Assembly (NCBI RefSeq): GCF_006345805.1
Contig: NC_043011.1
Coordinates: forward strand, 60,276,464-60,340,463
Source of the DNA: Octopus sinensis
Taxonomy: Eukaryota
DNA: 64,000 bases
Direction: 5' to 3'
Position numbers and translations under genes: made by a program. Position 1 is the stretch's first letter; each line of letters opens with the position of its first letter. Below, one piece after another: positions 37,709-50,657 of this stretch. Below the pieces are notes generated by a model. That model was given only the letters and a program-made list of their open reading frames with translations. It was not told where the DNA came from and searched no databases.

Positions 37709-40700
37709 GACTTATGTTACCAGAAAATGAAAATATAAAAACAAAAGAAAAAAATTTGAATGTGTTTTTATGAAGCTGACAATTATAGAAACAAATAGAA
37801 GCAAAATCATTAATTTAAGACAGAAATGTTATGTGACAGTAATTATTTTAGTTATGTAAAAGTATCTTGTGCAACTATAAAACATTAAATATTGAAAAGA
37901 AGTTTGTGTTATTTACACTGAAAAGGATTTTGATATTCTAAGCTCAGATAATAATTCTTGTAGCTATTATTTGCAATTGCAGTGGGTATCTTTATTCTGA
38001 ACTATTCCTTGTTTTAATGTAATTAAATTATTTTAGCTTGCATTGCAATGAATATTTCTGATAAATCATTTTGAAGACATCTTATTATAATGTCAGTAGA
38101 ATTATCGACGACGTTAAATGAAGATTTTAAAGGAAAATTAAAAGGATTGTAAATACAAAAGCTACAGTACAAATATAATATTTTAAAACATTGTTGGAGG
38201 AAAGCAACAACGTAAAACAATGAAATGAATCACAAGCAAAAGCTAGAAGGAAATATCATTAGATTAAATAATAAAATAAAATTCAATATGTATGGGTTAT
38301 CAACTTGAAACAATTAAGCAGCCACATATTGTTAGTGACATTTGTATTCCCTTTAGATTATAATATTCAGTATTTTAAGTATAAGCATTATGCTTGTGCT
38401 ATTACAATAGAATGTCAGGGAGATTATTACTTTTGGTTACAGAGAATGGAGAGTTACAATTACTTTTAATGCAATGCAAAATGATATAACAATGCTGCAA
38501 AATTCATATTATCTATAGCAATACACTATTCTCCTCAAGGAACTGAAAACTGTTTTCCATTGCATGACAAGTAACAAAGCAAGACCGCTCTCACTTTAAC
38601 CCTGAACAACTGATTTGGAAGAACCCCTAATTTTGATAAGTTCTAGTGTTGCTTTACCTAATGATTTAAAATCAATCTAAATTTTCTTATAACACCAGGT
38701 TTACTGAACTGCTTTGAGGAAATAGGTTCTAACTAGTGTCTATAATAACCGTGAGCCAACTATGGAAGTCTCTGCTCAAACAGGACTGAAATGGAGCTAA
38801 ACAACAAAAACAATAACAATGCCTCTATGCAGTACTTTGACCTGCTAGAAATAGAAGTTACATCTCTAATTACACCTATTATCATTTAGCAAGGAAACAA
38901 TACACTACATAATATTTAAAATACAACTAAAAGAATAATATGGTCATGGCTGGACTAACATTGAGCATTGGCCTACTTGATCAGATTGACACAGAAAACT
39001 TTCAAAGCAAGCATTAAGTCAACTTTTCCTACAACCCAAATATTGTTTTCACCTTATGATATAGCTATTTTACAAAGTTCAAAGTCCCTTGTTACACTAA
39101 AGTATACAAAGAAGATTTCTGCTAAATAGTCTTATTGGTTTATCACGATGTGACACCAAAAGAAACAGTCAATGATTTCAGTTAGCTTTCAAATGGACTC
39201 TTTAGAACAAGTAGTTCTGTAACTCTTGCATTAATATATTTCTAATGAATTACACTGCTTTTGTGTCAGTTCATTTTGTGTTTCAACTAACTTTGTCATT
39301 ATCAGGATGTTGTTTAGAACATAAACTAACATGAAATTTTGATAAGTTTTTTTATCTAGATCACTGTAAAGCAGGAAGTTTGCATCAAAGAACCAAAGGT
39401 GGTGTCTGGCAAGTTGGCAGCAAAAGGGTTGGTTCACTAAATACTGTTGTTTATATCCACTTTGGCCATTGTCCTTCAACTAACACTTGGTTCTGCTTGT
39501 TACTGCTACTTGTTACATTCCTGACCTCCTCCACTATTCTTTGCTGCTAATTTTTTCACTCTAATTCCAATTAAGTATCAACATTAAACAAGTTTAAGGC
39601 AGTGAACTGGCAGATTCATCTGCTGGGCAAAATGCTTAGCAGCATTTCATCTGTCTTTATGCTCTGAGTTCAAATTCCTTGAGGTTGACTTTGCCTTTCA
39701 TCCTCCCGGGGTCTATAAAATAAATACTAGTTGAACACTAGGGTTGTTGTAATCAACTTACCTCTCTCCCAAATTTGCTGGCCTTGTGCCAAAATTTGAA
39801 AGCAATATTAGAAGACAAAATTGTTGACTTTCTACCTGATTATTTTTGCAGCTGCTCAGGATGAATTTTAAATTATATTTACAATAAGTTTTAGTGATAA
39901 ATGTATGAGATACATTTTGAGATTCTATCAAGTTTCAGTGCCAGTGGCACAATAAAGGCACTCACTCTATGCTGTAAAATGGCAGGTGTTAGAAAGGACA
40001 CTAACTATAAAAATAAAGTAGAAAACACATCAGTCAAAAATGACATATGCAATAACAAAGCTGGACCATTCTCCATGTGATTGTGTGTGTGTGTGTGTGC
40101 CAGATGATTCATAATTGCATAAAGCTAATTAGATGCTTGGACAACAGGTCCAACCTATAGGAACTAACACAGAAAAATAAATGTAAAACAATGATGATGA
40201 CAAGTAAACAACTGCAGGCTTCAGTTTTTAAAAAAAATTATTTGCAAGTCCTTATTAAAGGTTATGGTCAAGGATCTGTTGGAAAATTTTTAGCAGAATA
40301 CCCAGAATTCCTAGCCATCTGCTAAGCATTAATATCATAAGCTCATAAACCAACAAATCTACCAGCCAGCCTGCCAGACAGACAGCTAGCCAGCCAGCAC
40401 CTACTTTAATTCAATTATACTGCTACAGGAAAATAAATGCAAGAATTTCCTTACAAATTGCATTTCTTGCTTTTATATAGTATACTGGTATATATTATAG
40501 CAATCATATCTCAATCAAACAGGAATTTGTCTACAGTAAGTTCTATGGAGAGATAATTGAATTTTCTTATTTAGGATCCATCAACTGAAAAGATCATGCA
40601 ACAATGAAAATGATGAATGCTCTTTTATTATTATTTATAAGAATGTCTAACAACCAATAAAAAGTTAGATGGTAAATTATGATGAATGAAGAGTAAGTAA

Positions 40701-43265
40701 TGTGATTTGCTGTCTTTTATATGGCTGCTGACATATAAGAATTATTAGAGCCAAGAAGAAAAGGTAAGTTATGAAACATTCCACTTTGGAAAGCGCAAGT
40801 AACTCTTCTGTCATGTTATAAGATGTAGTCTTAATTCACCCATGAAACAAAAAAAATAATAATAATAAAAGCTCTATTTATGCTTTTACATTTCTTACTA
40901 ATGGCATTTTGATCCAAGCCAGCATGGAAAAGTCGATGTTAAAATGGTGATGGATTTAATGGTAAAAATACTAAAGCATGGAAGAAAGATAAAATATTTT
41001 TTCTTAATTTTTGTCTTTATATTCAAGAACAGAGAAAATGTCAAAAAATTATAAAACTAGTTTTAATTTAAAAAAAAAAAAGAAAACAAGAACGAAAACA
41101 GAATATCACAAAATTCTAGACACAACTTAGCAAGGGGCCACTATGAAAGAGAGCATTGCCTGATATGCAGGAAATGGTGAGACAAAACTATATTAACAAG
41201 TCTGTGAATATAAGGAATGCAGGAAAGGTAAACAGATATCGTACATAACTAAACATTGCACTAATTGCATTGGTAAGGTTAAGATTATGAACAGCCACAG
41301 GATGAATAACAGCAATTTTTTTGATGATTTATGAGCAATGTTAGAGATGTCTTTCATCCTTTCAGGTGAAATATTATATTAAAAATTAGGCCTAGTGCCT
41401 GTGCTAGAAATCAATATTAGATGAACTGACGTAGCCGTAGAGGAGAAACTACAGCTAGCTAGAATTCAAAGTAAGTGGAGTAAGTTTAGAGAGATGAAAC
41501 CAATGTTGGAATATACATACAAAAGGTATATTATCTGATGCATGTGTATTAATTGTCCTGTTATCTTGTATTGAAAGACTTGCAATAAATGCAGTTGGTG
41601 TTTAGTAGCATCTGCAGCACAATAAATATATTGAGTATGATCAGATGGATATGCATCAAAGAAAGGCAGAAGACAGGTTAATTAAACTAGCTGGGCAGTA
41701 TAAAACATTTTCTGTTATATGATGGAGAGATAATTGCACTGGTTTGGACATTACTGTTGTCTGGTGAGGTATTGGTATTACATAAGGAAAGATATGGAAG
41801 TATGAAACCTGCTTATTTTGATATACTTCAAATACTATCATCATTATCATCATCATCATTTTATTATATACCCAAATTCCATGCTGGTATGGGTTCAACA
41901 AGACTTAATGGATCAGAGGACCATATCTTGCTTCAGTAACTCATTTATGGCATGGTTCTCTATGACTGGATGCCTGTCCTAGCACCAACTTTACTAATGA
42001 TTATGATACTCTAACATAAAGCTTATAAAGTTATTAAAGTACTTTAGGACTTAATATATACTGTAGTTAATAGTGAAAAAGCAAAAAGAAAACAATTTGA
42101 AAGAGACCAGTAAGTGATAATGCTAAAGAAACACAAAAGTTAACAATAACCTTTTAATGTCCATTTTCCATGCTGGCATGGGTTGGATGGCTTGACAGCA
42201 TCTGATGAGTTCAATGATTGTATAATTTTCTGAAGTCTGCTTTTGAATAGTTTCTATAGCCAGATGCATTTCCTAACACCAACCACTTTACAGAGTGTAT
42301 TAAGTGCTTTTTCCATGGCACCAGCACTAGTAAGTTGCTAAACAGTATATAAATTAAGATATATTTATCCACTCCTTTTTTCCTTACAGTACTTCAATGC
42401 ATTTCCATTTCTAATCAATAATTATTCAATAAATTTCCAATACTGTCTAAGTATACTGCTGGTGAATCAATGAAGGTTTGAACATGTGATAGCAAGGCTG
42501 ACTAACAAGAGTAACCAAAATGTCTTTGTGCCACATCCCACCAACTAAAAAATGCTGGGGTACCTTGGACAATGCATTCTCGAATACACTGTGATAATTC
42601 TAAAAGAAAGACAGATGATGACAACTAGAATGCTTTTGATAATGTATGTTCAATTAGAGCTGACTTGGAAGCTTTTGATGAATAATCCTGCATAATATCA
42701 ATTTAAGAAAAGCTGGAGATTGTTAATAGAGCAAGTAAGTAACCTATTCAAAAGATTTGCTGTTAGATCTGTTGGCATAATTGTCAACTTCTACATTTAA
42801 ATAACAATGTAACGCAGTCACATGAATATATATGTAAGTATTTTTCTTGGAAATACATGAAACCAGAATAACACCAGAGATAACCAAAGAACAATTTGCT
42901 AGGAGTAGACTAAGTGCATTTTCCTAACCTTTTCTGTATCCCAATTTAGATGACAATAACTGTTGAAAACTGATCAGTAATTCTCCATATCAATTCTGAC
43001 AAAGTCTCACTCTTTTGATTAATATGAAAATTCCTAACATTATCATCATAGTTGGTATATTTCCTTGTCATGCTCTACCATGCCAGAGAATTCTTCCAAC
43101 GGAAATATAAAATGATGCCATTGCCAAGTCTGACATTACACTTTCAATCAACTATTCTAAGAATACCAATATATGACCCATCTCCAAAACATATCCTAGT
43201 ACAAACTACTTCAGCTTGCAGGATTTTTTTGTAACTTGCTGGAATTCCAAGGCCATTTCTTCTAT

Positions 43266-43296
<31 letters not shown>

Positions 43297-43605
43297 GTAT
43301 ATATGTTCAGAAATTGGCAAGAGTGTAGCCTGTGACAAGGTAGCTACTCTTTTTCAAGAAAAACACATCCTTTATAGATATTTCTTTTTTGAATGTACCC
43401 GAAGCAACCAGAGCATTAGCAGGTTAATGTTCTAAATTACTGCATTCTCATCATTTGGTTTCCATTACATGCATCACTGTAGAATGTGTATTTTTAATAT
43501 TTTATATCTTCTACTCACACTAAATAATTATTTCTTTAAATTGTGTGTTAAAGAATATCTTCAACTGCAGATTTAATGTCTTAAGTGCTCCAAAGTAAAC
43601 TTTAA

Positions 43606-43823
43606 CCCTTTAGGATTTATTTTAACTCTGTCAATTTTAATGTTGATTCATACTGTTTTGAATTAATCATGCATTATTTCATATCTTCAAGATTTCAATG
43701 TTGTGATTTTTTTTGCATTTAGAAAGGCATTGTCTGGTAGGTGTGAAAGGTTAGTCTGGTCAGTTTGAACATAAAACGGGAAGAATATCTGCACCTAATT
43801 TGACCAATTTTCATGCTAGAGGG
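43606..43823. mobile_element. 218-bp piggyBac-type MITE
   Basis: TTAA at 43602-05 and 43824-27; TIRs CCCTTTAGGAT / CCCTCTAGCAT. Confidence 0.75.
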
Positions 43824-45059
43824 TTAAATTATGTGTCAATATCTTCAACAAGGTATTAAAAACATCTTAACAACAAAAGTATTATAGCTATAAAAGCAAC
43901 AGATATTCATACTTTTATCCCTCTTATTATGTGGCCAAGTAGGAGTAGCAAATTCTAAGCTTTAGAGAATCACATTAACCACAGTATTTATTCTATTGAT
44001 CTTGGAATGATGAAAAGTAAAGAAGAAGATGTGGGTAGGATGTGAACGCAATGGAACCAAATATCACATAAAAAGCAACCAATCTGGTACCATGTATAAA
44101 ACACTGGTGTTGGTGTCATGATAAAAAGCACACAGTACACTCTGTAAAGTGGTTGGCATTAGGAAGAGCATCTGGCCATAGACACCATGCCAAAACAGAC
44201 AGCAAGAGCCTGGTGTAGCTCTCTGGATAGCCAGCTCTTGTCAAACTATCCAATGCAAGGAAAAATGGATGTTATAGGATGATGAGTTTTGTCTCATGAT
44301 CAAATTTCCTCTAATATTTATTAAAGAAAATCTACAAAACTAGTAACAAAACATATGGAATCTATTCAAGAAATTATAGTTACCCATGTTATTGAAATAT
44401 TTTCAAATATGAGAAATTGAAATTTTATTGCACAAATACAAGAAGATTCAGATTAAACTAACAATGAATAAAATAATGATGATGAGGCCATGCTTGAAGA
44501 ATATGATCAAAATTATGATTATCATTAAATATTCCTAATTAATAGAAGCAAAATTTACCAGGAACCAAATTTTAATTACATAAGAATGAAACAATGATTG
44601 ATTTCTATAAATTGCATAATTCTAATTTTCTATATTATTATTATTATCATTATTATTATTATTATGATGCACAATTCAACAATTGTAAGGTTTTCCATTT
44701 TCATTGAAATAACAGATATTATACAAATTGTGTGAAAACCTTTCATTACAAACATAATATTATTGAAAACAGTGACAATGATTAAGTTTTCATTTGAACG
44801 AGAGTGGCAGCAAGGCGGTGGGGGGGGAGATAGAGGGAGAGAAGTCAATATAATACAGTTAAATCAAGTTTCATAGAAATCAACATCATTAAACTGGACC
44901 TGATAAATGATTACAAAGTAAGAATAGACAAATTGTCGAGAAAGGATGATTAAAAATTCAGTTTTATAAGCAAGATCTTATTAAATGATAGCAAAAAAAA
45001 AACAAAGCAAAAAATAAAAAAGAAACATTAATCAAGTGATTTAATTGTGAAAATTAATG

Positions 45060-45635
45060 CCAACTTTAGGAGACATAAATGAGTCTTCTTTTGTCTGAAT
45101 GTCAACAGTTGCACTCTGCTGAATGTGCAATGTCAGTGTACATGTGCAACAGAGCACTAGTTTATTGAGAGAAAAGTTAGGTATAAGAGGAATCAAATGC
45201 AGTGTGTACTGGTATGGTCATGTGATGTGTATGAAGGGGGTCAGTTGCAAAAAGAAGTGCCAATCACTCAAAGTAGAGGGAAATTCTGGAAGAGGGAAAC
45301 CAAGGAAAACATGGGACAAAATGTTGAAGGCTGATCACAAAATGCCGAGCCTTATGAAGGGGTGAGAGATGTATTGTATTGCTGTGCTCAAGAAGACCTG
45401 GCCACCACAACCAAACTAATGTGCTAAAACCAAGGTACCATGTAAAAAGCATTGGTACTGGTGCTATGTGAGAAGCAGCCAGTACACTCTGTAAAGTGGT
45501 TGGTGTTATGAAGGGTGTGCAGCTGTAGAAACCAAACCAAAACAGACTATGGAAACCTGAGTGGACCCTGACCTTGCAAGTTCCTGTCAAGCCATCCAAC
45601 CAATGCCAGCATGGAAAACAGGCATTAAATGATGA
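45060..45635 (+). mobile_element. RTE-clade LINE 3' end (ORF C-terminus plus 3' UTR ending in GAT repeats)
   Basis: LLREKLGIRGI...WYGHVMCM...VEGNSGRGKPRKTW; the 3' UTR is the family E repeat also seen at 47645 and 54950. Confidence 0.75.
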
Positions 45636-46277
45636 TTATTATTATTATTGCTAATGAAGCAGTAATGAAGTGACTCACTTTGGACTGAGAGGGGCTGAAG
45701 TGCCTCATTCAGATTTTATTTCAGCTTTTGCTAAGGTATAAAAAAATTTAATATCTATGCTATTAAGAAGTATAATGAGTAATATTAGAAAATGTGGTGT
45801 GTGTGTGTGTCCACATGCACCATGCAAAGAAGATAAGCTCACTGATCCTACCAAAAGTGATTTCAGTATCAATAGATTACTGTAAACACTGACACAAAGT
45901 GAACTGCAATTTTTATCTGTGAAATATCACTGTGACATCCATCACATGGTTCAATGACAGCAAAAACAAATATTAATTTATGCTATTTGGTGTTATCGAT
46001 TGTTATGTTGCCATAAACCAAGATGATCTAAAGGCCAGAAAATACACTGATATCATACAAATGAACCACAAATTATTATGTGTGCTAGATCTCTAACTTT
46101 TAACATAGATGTTTATAGGGTGTAAAAGAGGAAAGCAGTTGATTTTTACATACTAACATATTTAGCATTGTTGGAACCAAAATATAGAGCTTTGACCCAA
46201 AAGGGTAAATACCAAGGGAAACATATAGTATATCATAAATGTTTCCACGAGCTATATAGGGCTTAAAGAGTTTTTTC

Positions 46278-46495
46278 TATTCTAGGCACAAGGCCTGAAA
46301 TTTGGTGGGAGGAGGCCAGTCAATTAGATTGACCTCCGTGTGCAACTGGTACTTAATTTATTGACCCCAAAAGGAAGAAAGGCAAAGTCGACCTTGGTGG
46401 AATTTGAACTCAGAACATAAAGACAGACGAAATATCGCTAAGCATTTTGCTTGGCGTGCTAATGTTTCTGCCAGCTCACTGCCTTATAGGTCTTA
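46278..46495 (-). mobile_element. Family C SINE
   Basis: GGCACAAGGCCTGAAA...GAAAGGCAAAGTCGACC..GGAATTTGAACTCAG...CTGCCAGCTCACTGCCTT. Confidence 0.8.
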
Positions 46496-47644
46496 AAGAG
46501 TGTTTCATTAAAAGTTGTCCACATCAAAATAGCTAATTTCATTATGCTTATTAGGAAAATATCATAGCCTTTTCAAAGCACATAGGGAAATCCAGGGACA
46601 AAGAAGAGCCCATATACATCGTATAGGCAGAGTTAGAAAAAACATGAGATTTTGAGAATGGATTGATCATCCTATCAAAGAGCTGCAACCTCTTCCTTAC
46701 AGAAAAATTCCATATTATTCATGACCTTGCATCCATGTTAAATAAGGACAAATAAACAAATGCCGATGTACCAATACATCCCAAATTCTAACTAAAAACT
46801 GCAAAGAGGCTCCACTTCTATCATATACAACGTATGAAAGCTTCTACTGATTTACACCCTTTTCATTACGAAAACCTATTATTCCAATTCTTTTCTTCCT
46901 AATATGCTGACATGTACAGATATATGTACATCACATGTACAAATACAAAGCATAAGCACACATACATATGATAGGGTTCAGCATAGTTTCCATCAAACAA
47001 TTTCTCTCAAGACACTGCATAATGTCCATATTGAAACCACTGTGTTGTCATTTGTATGCCTGTCTACAAAGAAAGACTTTCAACAAAAGGCTATAATTAA
47101 GCACTTTTATACTTTTATAACATATTAAACACAAACTGTATACATGCGTGTGCTTAAACAAAATGAATAAGTAATTAAAACAATGTAGAGTTCAAATTTA
47201 TTCCTAACAATCTTACATATATGCATGTGGTGGGTGATAAGCTGTTATCTACTTTAACTTCTACAACCATAAGCCAACTGCCAATTTATGTTGCGACTGT
47301 CATTTATTTAATTCAGTCAAAACAAGTAAATCAATAAATAAAAGAAAATTTATATCAATTTGTTTACAGACAATAAAAATCAAAACAGCTTATTACCAAG
47401 CATTTCAAAATGATTTAATACTGAGCTTAATGACCATATGATATCACTGCTTATTAAATATTCTACCATAGTAACAGCACACAACTATTCTTACCTGTCT
47501 AATCATTCTTATGGCTCCCATTTGTGATGTAATCATTCAGTAATCTTTATATATGCTGCATTTCATTTTAGGGTCTTACAATTTAATTAAAAGACAATGT
47601 TGTACAGTTTGCTGCATTGCTTCAAACATAAACCAAAATATAAT

Positions 47645-47925
47645 AACTGCCAGCGCCGCCTTGACTGGCTTCTGTGCCAGTGGCACGTAAAAAGCACCAA
47701 TCGATCGTGGCTGCGGCCAGCCTCCCCTGGCACCTGTGCCAGTGGCACATAAAAAACACCCACTACACTCACGGAGTGGTTGGCATTATGAAGGGCATCC
47801 AGCTGTAGAAACACTGCCAGATCAGACTGGAGCTTGATGCAGCCTCCTGGCTTCCCAGACCCCAGTCGAACCGTCCATCTTGTGCTAGCACAGAAAACGG
47901 ACATTAAACGACGGTGATGATGAAG
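47645..47925 (+). mobile_element. Family E repeat (RTE 3' UTR-like)
   Basis: GTGGCACGTAAAAAGCACC...GAAGGGCATCCAGCTGTAGAAAC...ending in GATGATGA; very similar to 54950-55220. Confidence 0.8.
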
Positions 47926-50183
47926 CATGTCAATATTTCTCTTTTGAATATGTTACCTGATTTAATTTCTAACAACAACAACAACAAAAAAAGCAAGTAT
48001 TATTCTTTCACTCGGCTGTAACTATGCCGAGGCACTATTTACAAGAGTGCTTATGGATCATACTGGATCCCATACATAACTTAGTCTGGTACTTAAGGTT
48101 ACCAGTCACTTTGTTGAATGGTTAAGATTTTACCTTTTGGTGCAAAGGGACATATCATGACATTGTTATACACCAAGCACTGAAAACACACAAGCACAGT
48201 GGACTGAAGCATAGTTTTCATTTATTTATCAATGTCACTCATTAGGCTACAGAAGAAGACACAAGCCTAAACTGCTGCACCATGGTCTGAGGCCATGCTG
48301 TAGCAGTTTAGAATTTGAAAATGTGCATGCCAAGAAAGAAAACTTAATTAATACATGAATATACATTACTGATAAGTATTATGACACAAGGTTTGAATAA
48401 ATTCTCAGACAGTGTGAAATACTTATGTGGATATTGGTTTTGAGATTATAAAATTTTCACTGCCTTGTCTTGAAGGATGAAGTATTGTCGTTTTTTTTTA
48501 TTAGTGTTTACCTCATTCTTCTACATCAATCAATTTGATTTCCAACTGTCATCAGTTAAGTGTCTTATTCATGACTGCGTATATAGTGCTATATTGGATT
48601 TGAACTGTAAACACATCCAAGAATAAGACAGCTGGTTTGGATGGAAGATCAAACCAATTGAAGTCTAGATGTAAATATTGAAAGCATTTCCTTCACTAAA
48701 GATGGAGCTTACTGTCTGAAAAAGTATAATCTTATTAAAAGATAACTAAATAGAAAAACTTATCTCACACATTCGGATATTTTTTATTGGAGTTGTTTTA
48801 TGCTTCAAAATGAGATGACTAAAGGTGCAGGCATGGCCATGAGATTATAAAGTTTGCTTCCCAACCACATGCTTTTGAGTTCAACCTCCTCAATTTGGTA
48901 CCTTGGACAAGTGCCTCATACTATAGACCTAGGTTGACCAAAGCCTTTAAAGTGGATTTGGAATACAGATACTGAAAGTATCTATTTGAAGTCTAATATG
49001 TAACCTGTCATATATGTATATGCATGTGTGTGTGTGTACATATATGTGTGTTGCTTTGTTTTGATATCATGCGGCAGTTATACAAGTGGTGTCCTTCTTT
49101 TCCAGTCTTTCATGAAAAACAGCCAGTCACAGTGAAAAATTACTTGGTTGGAAACAAGTGAGTGTTGGCAACTGGAAAAGCATCTGACTATGAAAAAACC
49201 TGCCTTAACAAATTCTGTGTAACCCAGGCAAACATGGAAGACTGGATGTTGAAGTGAAATGAAACAAAACAAAATTATTTAATTTGATAGGTCTAAATGA
49301 GATAAATATAATTCCTTGTTAGCAAGAAGTGAGGAAATACAAAAATGGATATATATGTAGTACAATATGAATCATTATATTCACAAGAAAAGTGGCTTGT
49401 AAAGCCTAATGAGAATTATATTAAGTCTAACAGATCAGTTTTGAATTTGCTTAATATAACATCACCTAGACAGAGTTAACACGTGGTCACTTGGGCCTAG
49501 AAATAGCAGCTTAATTTTCCTGAAACCACACTCTACCATCTTAAGTAAATAAAGATACATGATACACATAAACGGATTATATTTGAAAAAAAAAGTTTCT
49601 GGCTGAAACATCTTTAATCAAAGCTCTGCTTGTTTGAGAGCTTACTTGGGGTTAAAGAGCAACATCACCCATAGCTAATATCTTAAAATATTATACTTCT
49701 AAGTACCACCAACCATTTTTTAGATTAAACACACACATATAAAACAATAAATAAAATATCCTGGGATGTATCTTTACAACAACTGATATGAAGATAGGCC
49801 TCCTCTTATTATTATCAAATTATTAATCTACAGAAATTTTTCTTTTCTGTTGTATGACCGCCATTCTGTAGCTTCAGGTAAGAATTAAAATAAACACAGA
49901 CTGTAATTTAACATTGTCAATAATCTCAAATTTCTCCAAGATGCCTTTAACCAAAACTTTTCTCTAATATTATTAAAGACTGTTGTATAAAAAGATGATG
50001 AAATAATGTTAGTATTTCAAAAATCGAAAAGTAATATTCAGATGGAAAAGAGAGAGGACATAGATATTGAATCAAATCATTTTGCAGTATCACAGGTTTA
50101 TTTTAAATCTAGCATTGTTTCAGTGTCTTTGAATCCTCCTATTTGTTCTACTTGTAAAATCTCAAGTGTTACCTTCTTACAGT

Positions 50184-50560
50184 GGATGGAAGCACTCCGT
50201 CGGTTACGATGACAAGGGTTCTGGTTGATCCGATCAACGGAACAGCCTGCTCGTGAAATTAACGTGTAAGTGGCTGAGCACTCCACAGACACATGTACTC
50301 TTACCGTAGTTCTCGGGGATATTCAGCGTGACACAGAGTGTGACAAGGCCGGCCCTTTGAAATACAGGTACAACAGAAACAGGAAGTAAGAGTGAGAGAA
50401 AGTTGTGGTGAAAGAGTACAGCAGGGATCACCACCATCCCCTGCTGGAGCCTCGTGGAGCTTTAGGTGTTTTCGCTCAATAAACACTCACAACACCCGGT
50501 CTGGGAATCGAAACCTACGACCGCGAGTCCACTGCCCTAACCACTGGGCCATTACGCCTC
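50184..50560 (-). mobile_element. Young full-length tRNA-head SINE (family A) with 12-bp target-site duplication
   Basis: CCTTCTTACAGT at 50172-50183 and 50561-50572; many CpGs retained. Confidence 0.93.
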
Positions 50561-50577
50561 CCTTCTTACAGTAATTA

Positions 50578-50657
50578 CTACATGGATAAACTACTTTACC
50601 ACATGTGCATATGTTTTCTACATGGATAAACTACTTTACCACATGTGCATATGTCTT
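50578..50657 (+). repeat. Tandem duplication of a 40-bp unit
   Basis: CATGGATAAACTACTTTACCACATGTGCATATGT at 50581 and 50621. Confidence 0.9.

Noticed and set aside
47490-47560. Minus-strand segment with good splice sites (also ~48515-48610)
   Set aside because: Stops in all three frames; at most non-coding exons.
48525-48560. Minus-strand CTGATGA-CAGTTG-GAAA-TCAAATTGAT-T
   Set aside because: Stem II has only 2 bp with a 2-nt loop and stem I cannot form; treated as a chance match.
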